Origin: an uncultured Candidatus Saccharibacteria bacterium
GTDB lineage: Bacteria; Patescibacteriota; Minisyncoccia; Phycocordibacterales; UBA918
Length of the DNA stretch: 64,000 bases
Assembly (NCBI GenBank): GCA_964469295.1
Contig: CAYXYJ010000005.1
Coordinates: 16,086 to 80,085, forward strand
Direction of reading: 5' to 3'
How positions within the stretch are numbered: the stretch's first letter is position 1; the number at the start of each line of letters is the position of its first letter. The notes under the pieces are model-generated. The model was given only the letters and a program-made list of their open reading frames with translations. It had not been told where the DNA came from and ran no database searches. A program made the position numbers and the translations under genes. Shown here in pieces: positions 9,213 to 18,627 of the stretch.

Positions 9213-9758
9213 TTATTTATTTTTTTCTAAAAACGTCGTAATAATATCACCGTAGGTTGAAATATCACCATACCAATGATCATGCTCGTTCGTAATAATA
9301 AGCGAAACCTGTGGAGCATAGGTCGCCAGAGTAGCTTTGGTGTATTCATAACTTGTCGTTGGATCTGCTTGATTATGAAACGCAATGGCAGGAACACGAA
9401 ATGTGGAAATAGGATCCCAATTATCCTTAAATAATTCCGTTGCCGCTAAATCAAACGGCATCCCAAAAAAGACACAGTGTGTTGGTGTTAAAATCTGATG
9501 GTGGATTGCCAGCAAGGCAAGCAATGAGCCGGCTGATTTAGCAAAAAGTATAATTCCAACATCATTTGGTAATGACGCTATGTGCGCTCGTAGTTTTTCT
9601 TCTTCACGTGTAAAGTCAATAGTAGCTTCCCCACTAGCCCAATGATCATACGGTAGCAAAAAATGTGAATCAAATTGTGACGCAAACGCTGCTTCAATCA
9701 ATTCGCCCCAAGCTTTGTTCTTGAGGCTGTTGCCGGACAAAATAATCAGGTGACGCAT
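9213..9758 (-). CDS. Alpha/beta-fold serine hydrolase (YdeN/RBBP9-like esterase family)
   Basis: 181 aa. The nucleophile elbow is FAKSAGS, followed by HDHWY near the C-terminus. Paralogous to the next hydrolase. Confidence 0.55.
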   Translation of the reverse strand: MRHLIILSGNSLKNKAWGELIEAAFASQFDSHFLLPYDHWASGEATIDFTREEEKLRAHIASLPNDVGIILFAKSAGSLLALLAIHHQILTPTHCVFFGMPFDLAATELFKDNWDPISTFRVPAIAFHNQADPTTSYEYTKATLATYAPQVSLIITNEHDHWYGDISTYGDIITTFLEKNK

Positions 9759-9838
9759 ATTTGTATGAGTATAACAACTTTACGAAAAATTGTCTTTGTG
9801 GCAAAATCGGCGACAGCACGATGTAACGGAGAGTTGTT

Positions 9839-9931
9839 ATGGGATTTGAATTCCCCACCGACCCCACCTTCAAACAAAAGTGGTGGCAACGGTGGTGGCT
9901 GCGAATACGGTACCCCTATCGGTACCAGTAA
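9839..9931 (+). CDS. Candidate 30-aa Trp/Arg-rich peptide (MGFEFPTDPTFKQKWWQRWWLRIRYPYRYQ)
   Basis: GGAGAG RBS 6 nt upstream of the ATG. A strong intrinsic terminator (GGGCGGCCCCTTTGGGGTCGCCC + TTTTTT) follows immediately at 9937-9966. It sits between two minus-strand genes and is too short for the ORF track. Confidence 0.25.
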   Translation: MGFEFPTDPTFKQKWWQRWWLRIRYPYRYQ

Positions 9932-9936
9932 CGAAC

Positions 9937-9966
9937 GGGGCGGCCCCTTTGGGGTCGCCCTTTTTT
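9937..9966 (+). terminator. Intrinsic terminator (10-bp GC stem with one G-U, then T6)
   Basis: gggcggcccctttggggtcgcccttttttt, directly after the small ORF. Confidence 0.65.
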
Positions 9967-9973
9967 CATACAT

Positions 9974-10582
9974 TTATTTACCCATTTCTATGGCCGTTAC
10001 TAACTCCGGGAAGGTATCACCAATAAAATGAAACCGGTCAGTAAAATGATGAAAAACAATTGATTCATCTCGCGTAATCAATGCTTCACTGTGCGTGATT
10101 GGCACAATCGTATCATCTGCCGAATGCCATACATGAATGCGTAAAACCGTGGACATAAATCCAGTCCAATTTTTTGTGTCAATATAAAAACCGTCACAAT
10201 CTGCCATTGGCAAAATTACTGGCGCAATGAGGTGTATTTGGGAGACTGTAACTGGTAATGCATTTTCAGAAAGATACCGAAATAGAAAACCACCACCCAG
10301 GGAATGTCCGACCAGCACTACTTTTTCGCGAAGAAACGGTACCATCTTTTCAAACCAAATTTTCCAAGCTTCATAATCTGCCCAATATTTATTAGGCATC
10401 TCGAGACGATGACATTCATACGTTGTGCGGAGATGTTCAAATAGAACTTCTTGCCATTTTTGTCTTGTTTCGTACGGATTAAAGGTGCGACTACGTAACA
10501 AAGCATATAGTTTTTCCGAATCACGCAGAGCATCACCACCATGGACAAACACCAATTGCGGCTTTTCCATACTATGCATCAA
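9974..10582 (-). CDS. Alpha/beta-fold serine hydrolase (YdeN/RBBP9-like)
   Basis: GHSLGG nucleophile elbow, with LVFVHGG at the N-terminus. 202 aa. The M at 10570 is an alternative start that avoids overlap with metG. Confidence 0.6.
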   Translation of the reverse strand: MMHSMEKPQLVFVHGGDALRDSEKLYALLRSRTFNPYETRQKWQEVLFEHLRTTYECHRLEMPNKYWADYEAWKIWFEKMVPFLREKVVLVGHSLGGGFLFRYLSENALPVTVSQIHLIAPVILPMADCDGFYIDTKNWTGFMSTVLRIHVWHSADDTIVPITHSEALITRDESIVFHHFTDRFHFIGDTFPELVTAIEMGK

Positions 10583-12056
10583 GGCGTTTAAAGAGATTGT
10601 CTGGTTTTTTGTTTTCTTGGATTGCTGTCAAAATAATCTCTGCTGTATCAGGCATAAAAAACGCCAATCGCTGGGCAATGGAAGCAACAGCATCAACTAA
10701 CACCAAGATTAAATTTTTTCCTTGCGCGAGGTCACTTTTTATAACTTTAAATGGTTGAGTGTCTTGAATGAATTTGTCCATATCGCTGATATATAACCAA
10801 ATATTATCTAGGGCAGCTTGCATATTATAACTTTCTATTTGTCTAGAAAAATCAATTTGATCAGGCTTGCCAACCAATGACCCATTACGTAAAGCAGCGG
10901 ATTCTTTCACGATAACTTCCGCCCGATAGGCTTCAATCTCTGATAACGTCACATGTGTCTCAGCCATTTTCATTACCCGAGCCACCAGGTTTCCCAATCC
11001 ATTTACCAAATTAGCGGTATACCATTCGTCGAGCTTTTCCCACGTGACATCACTATCATCAAACGGGTGTACATGACGGAGGAGTACGTAGCGCGTGGCA
11101 TCCGTCCCATACCGTTCAATTAATTCGTATGGCGAAATAACGTTTCCGAGACTCTTACTCATCTTCTGTCCCCCACTATTAATAAAGCCGTGGTACACAA
11201 CCTTATCAGTGGCCTTTATCCCTGCGCTTTTAAGCATCGCCTGCCACATGATTGATTGAAAACGCACCTGATCTTTGCCGGCCAGTTGAACCACTTCTCC
11301 GTCACGCCAAAATTTTCCAAAATCACTTGATTCATCAGGCCACCCCAGTGTACTAATATAATTGGTCAACGCATCAAACCATACATACATCACCTGACTA
11401 TCATCTCCCGGCACCGGAATCCCCCAATCAAGTCGAGATTTCTCTCGAGAAATACTGAAATCTTCGAGTCCAGCTTTCACAAAATTAATCGCTTCCTCAC
11501 GTCGCCAGTCTGGTTCAATGACTTCTTTACGATCAAGGTACTCTTCGAGGTATTGTTGGTAATTCGAAAGTTTGAAAAAATAATTTTCTTCCTTTATCAC
11601 GTTACAGGGTTTGGTGTGAATCGGACAAATATTTCCAGGGAGGAGTTCTGCTGGTTTATAAAATAGCTCACAGCCAACACAATAATAGCCACTATAGGAT
11701 TTTTTATAGATATCACCACTTTCCGCACAGCGTCGCCAAATTTCTTGTGCTGCTGTTATATGTTTTTCATCAGTGGTACGAACAAATGCATCATATGACA
11801 AATTCAACGCTTCACCGAGCTGTTGGAATTCTCCGGCATAATGATCAACATAGACTTGACGACTTTCTCCTTTCTCATCAGCCTTTTGAGCAATTTTTTG
11901 GCCGTGCTCATCAGTTCCGGTGTTAAAAAATACTTCGTCACCAATAAACCGCCAATAGCGCGCAAGTGCGTCTGCAGCCACAATTTCATACGCAAATCCA
12001 ATATGGGGATCAGCATTTACGTATGGTAATGTGGTAGTTAGGTATCGAGCAGTCAT
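10572..12056 (-). CDS. metG: Methionyl-tRNA synthetase
   Basis: Class I HIGH-type start (PYVNADPHIGFAYE), zinc knuckle CVGCE, and KMSKS. 494 aa, with no C-terminal tRNA-binding domain. Confidence 0.9.
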   Translation of the reverse strand: MTARYLTTTLPYVNADPHIGFAYEIVAADALARYWRFIGDEVFFNTGTDEHGQKIAQKADEKGESRQVYVDHYAGEFQQLGEALNLSYDAFVRTTDEKHITAAQEIWRRCAESGDIYKKSYSGYYCVGCELFYKPAELLPGNICPIHTKPCNVIKEENYFFKLSNYQQYLEEYLDRKEVIEPDWRREEAINFVKAGLEDFSISREKSRLDWGIPVPGDDSQVMYVWFDALTNYISTLGWPDESSDFGKFWRDGEVVQLAGKDQVRFQSIMWQAMLKSAGIKATDKVVYHGFINSGGQKMSKSLGNVISPYELIERYGTDATRYVLLRHVHPFDDSDVTWEKLDEWYTANLVNGLGNLVARVMKMAETHVTLSEIEAYRAEVIVKESAALRNGSLVGKPDQIDFSRQIESYNMQAALDNIWLYISDMDKFIQDTQPFKVIKSDLAQGKNLILVLVDAVASIAQRLAFFMPDTAEIILTAIQENKKPDNLFKRLDA

Positions 12057-12116
12057 AGTAAAAATACTCTACCACAACTAGCAAAATAGTGAAGAACGGC
12101 AGTATTACATTGCCTG

Positions 12117-14450
12117 TTACCGGGTTGGGAACAATTGTACCGGCCACGGAAAAGCCCAGCTACCAGCCGGTTTTGCGACCGGTATCGGTAATTTATTATT
12201 TTGATAATACTCATTTTGCACCACAAAATTTCCCCCTACTAACCAAGTGGTTTTATTATCTGCACGATAGAAAAAACGTTGATATGATTGATAGGTGTCA
12301 GGAACTAAATCATCAGCAACGAAATTTTGGTTAAAAGTACGATACGTTAACGGATCAGTTGTATATCCATATGTTGGACGATAACAACCAACACTTGGCG
12401 ATAAAGGAGTCAAACAATTACCACCGCCACGGTTACCCGAAAAATAAATACGGTTCCCGTCAGTTATGACTGCAGCCATATCAGCAACTCGATCTGATTG
12501 TGGATCAGAAAGGTCACGGTCAAATACAATCACTGAGCGTGGATCTCCAGCATAAAATTTTCCTGTAATGAATGCACCCAAGCTATCAACTGGATAGAAA
12601 CGTTTATCCGTTGCATTATATTTAATTTCAATGCCTCTGGTCACCAAATAATTACCGCTGTCGGTATAATTATTTTCCCACCGAACATTTTTCTTTCGCC
12701 GAACATCAACCCAGTACAAATACAACTTATTTTTGTATGATAACAAATTTGGGACACTGGCTGAATGTAAATAATCAACTGCGTCAGAGGATGTTTCACC
12801 GCTAATAATTATAAATGTTCGTTTCGTATCAAGCGTATAATCGGCTTTTAGTGGCCCCATACACGCATTCACCCCAATGTTCTTACCAACACATTCAAAT
12901 GAAATCCATGTTTCATTATTAATGTCAACGGTTGATGGATCATAGGCGTTGGTAATAATACTTCCATCACCTATTTCTACTCCTTTACTCGGATCAAATA
13001 CCGTTTTTGCTTGAGTGAGCGTTAAAGCCTTGTCAGTCCAAGATGCGTCAAAGCCAATGAGTTGCCACGGTGTATTACATCCATTGGATGGAGCCCGGGC
13101 GATCCAAAAATCTTTTAACTTCTGAGTAGTAGTAAAAGCACCCATGTTGCATGATGTCGAAGCAGCATTAGTATGCTTTACCACCACCGGAATACCAGCA
13201 GCAAAAGGATCTCTTACTCCTTGCCACCGCACCCATGAATCAGCTGTTTGGTAAGAACTAGTAAGAGAATAGCCGAGCTCTTCTTGTAAAGTTTTGCCGC
13301 GACCACTTTGGAACTCTTTGGAGTTCACAAATAGCGTAACAAGACCGGCTCTGGTTAAATCTGCATCAAGCATTTCTTGCCATGATTTTAAACCTGTTTG
13401 ATCTGGTTTTCGATTTAATATGCATTGATACACGGTTTTTATAAAGGCACTGTTATCAGTTTTCTTATTTTGATATTCTGCTCCATTAAGGAAAGAAAGA
13501 TAGATTTTCTCCAGTGAAGTTGTGGCTGGATTGGTTGCCATCCAAGCATTTAACCCAACAGTGTCAGGTTTACGACCGAACGCGCAATTGTATAAATTCG
13601 CATAGAAATTTTCTCTGGCTTCATTATCTTGAATGTTAGGTTCAGTACCTATGCGCGGGAGCACAAAGCCAAAACGACTAGCAATAAGAGACCCCCGACC
13701 GGTGGTGAATTCATTACTTTCAAGTATCTGAGTAATGACCGTTGCCCGAGTCATAACACGCGCTTTCATGCCAGCGAGTAAGGTGGCTTTTTCGGCGGCG
13801 GTGACCGATCGACCGACTATACACATGTACGCATCGGTGATGTATTCATCATTGGTGTGTTTTTTATTTTTGTACTCTGACGAACGAAGAATAGAAGCGT
13901 ATAGTTTCTCTTGTGAGATTTTCCCCAATTTAAGGTGTGCAGATAACTCATTTGTCGTCGGAGCACGACGCAAAGCACACTCATAAAGATTTGTATACAA
14001 TGATTCTGTCGTAGTCGGTACGGTCAAATTAGGGGTGATGGTTTGTATACTTACTAGTTGTTGTGACAACTCTGCCACTTGTTGTAGTAAGCTTATTACC
14101 GAATCTTTCGTGGGGGTACATTGCTCTTGTAACAATCGTTTTGTAGCTGGGCCAAAATACACTTTTGTCGGAATAAACGAATCATTATCGCTAACTAATT
14201 TTTGTTGTTTTTGCCAGTCGAATAAATTTTTGGCCGTCATAGGACCAAATTCGCCGGAAACCAATTGATCAAAACCGAGTCTTTGCAAATAAGTTTGCAG
14301 GGCAGTTACCTCTCCCGATGTGACATCATCTGTCGCTCCAAACGAAAAATGGTGAGTAAACGTTTGACAGGTTACAGCCGCCTCACTCGAAGGTACATAG
14401 AAGCCTAGGGTTCCCAACAATAGTACTGCTGTGAATATTATTTTATACAT
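12117..14450 (-). CDS. Large secreted protein: N-terminal peptidoglycan-binding domain, DUF4214 repeats, uncharacterised C-terminal domain
   Basis: Signal peptide, then a PG_binding_1-like segment (TALQTYLQRLGF...GEFGPMTAKNLFDWQ). Three DUF4214-like repeats follow (LY.CA.GR.PD..GL..W...). The roughly 350-aa Trp/Tyr-rich C-terminal domain was not matched to any family I know. Confidence 0.6.
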   Translation of the reverse strand: MYKIIFTAVLLLGTLGFYVPSSEAAVTCQTFTHHFSFGATDDVTSGEVTALQTYLQRLGFDQLVSGEFGPMTAKNLFDWQKQQKLVSDNDSFIPTKVYFGPATKRLLQEQCTPTKDSVISLLQQVAELSQQLVSIQTITPNLTVPTTTESLYTNLYECALRRAPTTNELSAHLKLGKISQEKLYASILRSSEYKNKKHTNDEYITDAYMCIVGRSVTAAEKATLLAGMKARVMTRATVITQILESNEFTTGRGSLIASRFGFVLPRIGTEPNIQDNEARENFYANLYNCAFGRKPDTVGLNAWMATNPATTSLEKIYLSFLNGAEYQNKKTDNSAFIKTVYQCILNRKPDQTGLKSWQEMLDADLTRAGLVTLFVNSKEFQSGRGKTLQEELGYSLTSSYQTADSWVRWQGVRDPFAAGIPVVVKHTNAASTSCNMGAFTTTQKLKDFWIARAPSNGCNTPWQLIGFDASWTDKALTLTQAKTVFDPSKGVEIGDGSIITNAYDPSTVDINNETWISFECVGKNIGVNACMGPLKADYTLDTKRTFIIISGETSSDAVDYLHSASVPNLLSYKNKLYLYWVDVRRKKNVRWENNYTDSGNYLVTRGIEIKYNATDKRFYPVDSLGAFITGKFYAGDPRSVIVFDRDLSDPQSDRVADMAAVITDGNRIYFSGNRGGGNCLTPLSPSVGCYRPTYGYTTDPLTYRTFNQNFVADDLVPDTYQSYQRFFYRADNKTTWLVGGNFVVQNEYYQNNKLPIPVAKPAGSWAFPWPVQLFPTR

Positions 14451-14481
14451 AACAATATCGTAACACGTGACTTACCGGCTT

Positions 14482-15876
14482 TTATTTGAGCTTGGTGGTC
14501 AGAACATCAATCGCCACCCGTTCCTGTTCCCCCGTATCACGATGGCGAACAGTCACCGTGTCAAGCAGACTAGGGTTTTCACCTAAGGTATCAAAATCGA
14601 TCACAATACAGTACGGTGTCCCAATCTCATCTTGTCGACGATAGCGTTTACCGACATTACCATTATCATCGAATTCCGCCCGGAAATATTGTGATAACAT
14701 TTCAAATACAGCTTCTGCTTTAGCGACCAACTCTGGGCGGTTTTTAAGTAGCGGAAAAACGGCGACTTTAATCGGCGCCAACTTGAATGGAAAACGTAAC
14801 ACCGTACGCACCTCACCTCCTAACATATCTTCGTCATAAAATTCTGTCATGGCAGCCAGGAACGTTCGGTCAAGACCCACTGACGTTTCAACAATATGAG
14901 GAATATATTTTTCGTTGGTATAGGGATCCAAGTAATCCATTGCCACACCTGAAAATGTTTGATGTTGCGTCAAATCATAACTACCCCGAGCATGTACACC
15001 TTCCAGTTCTTTGAAACCAAAAGGGAATTTATATTCAATATCAAACGCTGCTTTGGCATAGAACACTAAATTTTCATGCTCATGAAATCGTAGGTTCTCA
15101 GTCTTAAAGCCCAAGTCAATATAATACTGCATCCGTTTTGCTTTCCAGACTTCATACAAGGACATTTCATTCTCTGGCGCCACAAACATCTGCATCTCCA
15201 TTTGTTCAAATTCGCGCTTACGGAAAATATACTGACGTGGAGCTATTTCGTTACGGAACGCCTTACCAATTTGAGCAATTCCAAATGGTACTTTTACTCG
15301 AGAGCTATCAAGCACATTCTTATAGTTCAAGTAGATACCTTGGCAAGTCTCACCACGTAGATACGCCGGTTCTTTGCTCCAATCCTCTGAGAAGTTACCT
15401 AGATTGGTTTGCGCCAACAAATTAAATTGGCGCACTGTACCAAAATTTTTCTGACCACATTTTGGACATACGAGTTTGTCGCGATTCGTATCAAATAATT
15501 CATTGATCTGTTCGACGGACATTTTTTCGTCAGCAAATACTCCAACATCTTCCAACAGATGATCTGCTCGTGACCTTGTATTGCATTCACGACACTCGAT
15601 TAATGGATCAGAGAATCCACCCACATGGCCCGACGCTTCCCAAACTTTTGGATGAGTCACAATAGCAGAATCTAGCCCGACAATGTTACGCTCCTTTTGC
15701 ACCATTGCTTGCCACCAAGCAGCCTTTATATTATTCGCAAGTTCAACTCCATATGGTCCATAATCAAACGACCCAACAAAACCACCATATATTTCACTTC
15801 CTGGATATACAAACCCGCGACGCTTGCATAGTGCGGTGATTTTATCCATGGTAACAACGGTCGATGAATCTGACAT
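14482..15876 (-). CDS. glyQS: Glycyl-tRNA synthetase (alpha2 dimeric class II type)
   Basis: RGFVYPGSEIYGG...ANNIKAAWWQ... start and class II motifs. 464 aa. Confidence 0.9.
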   Translation of the reverse strand: MSDSSTVVTMDKITALCKRRGFVYPGSEIYGGFVGSFDYGPYGVELANNIKAAWWQAMVQKERNIVGLDSAIVTHPKVWEASGHVGGFSDPLIECRECNTRSRADHLLEDVGVFADEKMSVEQINELFDTNRDKLVCPKCGQKNFGTVRQFNLLAQTNLGNFSEDWSKEPAYLRGETCQGIYLNYKNVLDSSRVKVPFGIAQIGKAFRNEIAPRQYIFRKREFEQMEMQMFVAPENEMSLYEVWKAKRMQYYIDLGFKTENLRFHEHENLVFYAKAAFDIEYKFPFGFKELEGVHARGSYDLTQHQTFSGVAMDYLDPYTNEKYIPHIVETSVGLDRTFLAAMTEFYDEDMLGGEVRTVLRFPFKLAPIKVAVFPLLKNRPELVAKAEAVFEMLSQYFRAEFDDNGNVGKRYRRQDEIGTPYCIVIDFDTLGENPSLLDTVTVRHRDTGEQERVAIDVLTTKLK

Positions 15877-15909
15877 ATATGATGATAATTATGAGTATTT
15901 TGTACCATA

Positions 15910-15955
15910 AAACCCTAAGCCGACCAACTGCTGTAGCAGTTGGTCGGCTTAGGGT
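15910..15955. terminator. Long perfect hairpin, bidirectional terminator between glyQS and the downstream gene
   Basis: ccctaagccgaccaactgctgtagcagttggtcggcttaggg, a roughly 20-bp perfect stem. Confidence 0.6.
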
Positions 15956-15959
15956 TTTA

Positions 15960-17930
15960 TTATTCTCCAGCCACACTACCGGTAGCTTGTACAACACCAT
16001 TTCCTTTCTTAAATCCCTGTTCTTCAGCTAATTCAGTGTTTAATGGTAATCCATCCGCTCGTACCACGGCCCCAGTAAAGCGATCAGTGGCACGAAAACG
16101 CAATGCCGAGACGACTGCCGGTGTTGTGTCAATTTGGGTTTGACTTGGTAATACACTAATTTGGAAAGCGGTCGTCTTCTTTTTGCTGGCTTCAATATCA
16201 CCAATTGTCCAGGTGAGCTCTTTTGAGACCGGATTGAATACGAGGCTACCATCTCCCGTAGTTTGGTTTGTCCAATTAACGTATTGTGGCAATGCTGTCG
16301 TCAAAGACGCGCCCGTCACGTCGTTCCCGCCAGCACTCGCTTCAAGATACACTGTGTACGTAGTGACCGTATCGGCAACTGGAGGCACTGGTCCACTATC
16401 GATAAAACCGAGATTATTGCGTGATAATTCTCGCCCCACCGCTACCGTTGACGTAAATTTCACCTCACTTTTGGCAGTGCCCACTAATTGTTCTGTCGCT
16501 CGATTTTCAAAAACTCGACGAGCAAAAGCATTGGCGGTAATCGCAAACGAAGGTGTCTCGGTACGGTCGCTCGGCCGAAGCGCAAAACTAAATGTCCGCA
16601 CCGCGCCCGGAGCGACTTGTGAGAGCGATGAATCGCCTGACGGTTCAAAACGAATAACGTCTTTTACTGAATCGTAATATCCCTCTGTCACCGATACTTG
16701 ATCACGCACCAACACATTTCCTTTTATGCCCACTTCAACAGCCATGTCATACAGTGTATCTTCAAGAGTATTGCGTACCGTTACCGCAACATTAGTGCTG
16801 TCTCCAGTTTTCAGCGTAACTACTTCACTCTCAACTCCATTTACTCCGAGACTAACATCAATGAATGGCTGCTCGATGACAAAATCAGTCGCCGCTTGCG
16901 CTAACAGTGATCCAATCATAAATTGATTATCTGGTTTTGGAGTTCCGGCAGTAAATTTAATCTGGAATTCTTCAGTGGTTTTACCAACAATCGCACCTTT
17001 AAGAAAAATTTTTGTCGCTCGTTCTGGAAGCAACTCCGAAATGAGCCAGGCATTCTCACGGTAGGCTGGAGATGGTACGGCTGAAGAAAAATCAAAATTC
17101 GTCGGATAATCAGCGGTGACGAGTACATCTTTTAGTGGATTAGGAGCATTTGATTGGATAGTCAGAGTAACTTCAATTTCTTGTCCCGAAGAAACTTTAC
17201 GCAACGATTCCACACGAATAACTACCGGCGAAGAAATTATTTTAAATGTCAGTGGCGAAGCCTCTTTATAAAAGGTGCCGTTTGATCCGTCTAGTCGATA
17301 TTCAACAGTGGCATGCACTTCTCGTTCTTGGTTTTCTTCTCCAAAAACAACCGCTTTCGTTGGGACTTTTATGGTTTCACCGGCACCAAGACGTCCAACA
17401 GTAATACGGTCTTCAAGTAAATCGCGTGATCCGTCGTCGGCGGATTTTGTCCCGGCTGGATAATTCACTATCAATACTACAGATTCGATGGCAACATCGT
17501 TTTTGTTTTCGATAGTCATTTCAAGGGGCAAGACTTCACCACCACCAATAGTGAGCGGACCGGTGGTTGATACGGAAATATTGTCACTCGAAATTTGGTT
17601 ATTGCCCACAAACATGTAAAAACCGGAGACGCCAAGAGTAACTAAAAACAAAAAAATAGCACCAAGTAATATGAACAAACGATACCGACGGCGCGGGGCA
17701 TAATGGTGAATCGCAATATTTGGTGTCGTTAACGAATCTGTTCGCGGATCAAGTGGCGCTGGAGGTTTTGGAACAGACGGTGATGTTGGCCAATTTCTTG
17801 GAATATCTTGTTGGCCCGTCGGGTGCAATACCGTTCTTTCAATTGGACGATTAATACCGCCACGTTCGTACAATCGACGACGCATGGCATCAATTTCCGC
17901 TTGGTCTTTAATCCCTGACATAGTACTCAT
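15960..17930 (-). CDS. Large single-pass membrane protein with a repetitive beta-rich (Ig/CARDB-like) extracellular region
   Basis: 656 aa. Pro-rich cytoplasmic N-terminus, one TM helix (LFILLGAIFLFLVTLGVSGFYMFV), then about 520 aa of repeated T/V/S-rich beta-strand-like segments. Confidence 0.5.
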   Translation of the reverse strand: MSTMSGIKDQAEIDAMRRRLYERGGINRPIERTVLHPTGQQDIPRNWPTSPSVPKPPAPLDPRTDSLTTPNIAIHHYAPRRRYRLFILLGAIFLFLVTLGVSGFYMFVGNNQISSDNISVSTTGPLTIGGGEVLPLEMTIENKNDVAIESVVLIVNYPAGTKSADDGSRDLLEDRITVGRLGAGETIKVPTKAVVFGEENQEREVHATVEYRLDGSNGTFYKEASPLTFKIISSPVVIRVESLRKVSSGQEIEVTLTIQSNAPNPLKDVLVTADYPTNFDFSSAVPSPAYRENAWLISELLPERATKIFLKGAIVGKTTEEFQIKFTAGTPKPDNQFMIGSLLAQAATDFVIEQPFIDVSLGVNGVESEVVTLKTGDSTNVAVTVRNTLEDTLYDMAVEVGIKGNVLVRDQVSVTEGYYDSVKDVIRFEPSGDSSLSQVAPGAVRTFSFALRPSDRTETPSFAITANAFARRVFENRATEQLVGTAKSEVKFTSTVAVGRELSRNNLGFIDSGPVPPVADTVTTYTVYLEASAGGNDVTGASLTTALPQYVNWTNQTTGDGSLVFNPVSKELTWTIGDIEASKKKTTAFQISVLPSQTQIDTTPAVVSALRFRATDRFTGAVVRADGLPLNTELAEEQGFKKGNGVVQATGSVAGE

Positions 17931-17950
17931 TAGTAGTATACACCAATTAC

Positions 17951-18544
17951 TTACTGTTCAAGGTGAGTGACTGCTTGTGCCTCACGATACGTCGATTCAA
18001 GGAGTGGTTGGAGGTCTATAATCAAATCAATGGGGATAGTCGCCAACGTTGGTTCGAGTACTTTTAGTAGTTGATTTCCTTGTGCAACATAACCAAGTTT
18101 CGACAAAACTCGCACACTCGCACAAAGCGTTAGGCCAATTTGGACAGTATCAGTACAGGTAATACTGGTCATATATTGTAGTGAAGCCACAAATTCTTGG
18201 TAAAGCGCGGGCTCTGGAATTTCCCCATGGACATACCGGCGCAATACTTTTGTCAGTTGAACGACACTTCCCCGCGCACTTCGAGTCATTGCTTGTTGAT
18301 AAAAATTTCCATACGTATCGACACTGCCAATGCGCCACCCGCCGTTGCCTTTTACCAAGGTCACAAAAATATAGGAAAAATCTTGCAGTGCATACCGTTG
18401 TCGACTGCGTTCTTCTCGCACACTCCGCGCCGTCGCATAGACAAGTCCTAATCGTTCGGTAAATAATAGGAAGGTTTTGTCGGCCGTATTATTGGGAAAA
18501 CTTCCCACAACCACGGCGTCGGTGATATACGTTTGGTAAGACAT
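17951..18544 (-). CDS. recO: DNA repair protein RecO (probable)
   Basis: N-terminal OB-fold-like DAVVVGSFPNNTADKTFLLFTERLGLVYATARSVREERSRQ resembles the RecO ARG.R...S motif. 197 aa is short for RecO. Confidence 0.5.
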   Translation of the reverse strand: MSYQTYITDAVVVGSFPNNTADKTFLLFTERLGLVYATARSVREERSRQRYALQDFSYIFVTLVKGNGGWRIGSVDTYGNFYQQAMTRSARGSVVQLTKVLRRYVHGEIPEPALYQEFVASLQYMTSITCTDTVQIGLTLCASVRVLSKLGYVAQGNQLLKVLEPTLATIPIDLIIDLQPLLESTYREAQAVTHLEQ

Positions 18545-18561
18545 TTCGTCCTATTGTAACG

Positions 18562-18610
18562 CGAAACAACGAGCGCGGAAATTGCAAAGCAATTTCCGCG
18601 CTCGTTGTTA
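18562..18610. terminator. 49-nt perfect hairpin, bidirectional terminator between ileS and recO
   Basis: aacaacgagcgcggaaattgcaaagcaatttccgcgctcgttgtt, a roughly 21-bp perfect stem. Confidence 0.65.
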
Positions 18611-18627
18611 TATGCCCTACAAAACAG

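Noticed and set aside
9750-10031. 93-aa plus-strand ORF spanning the hydrolase intergenic region
   Set aside because: It reads through a strong intrinsic terminator and into the antisense strand of the next gene. Only the 30-codon ORF upstream of the terminator is plausible.
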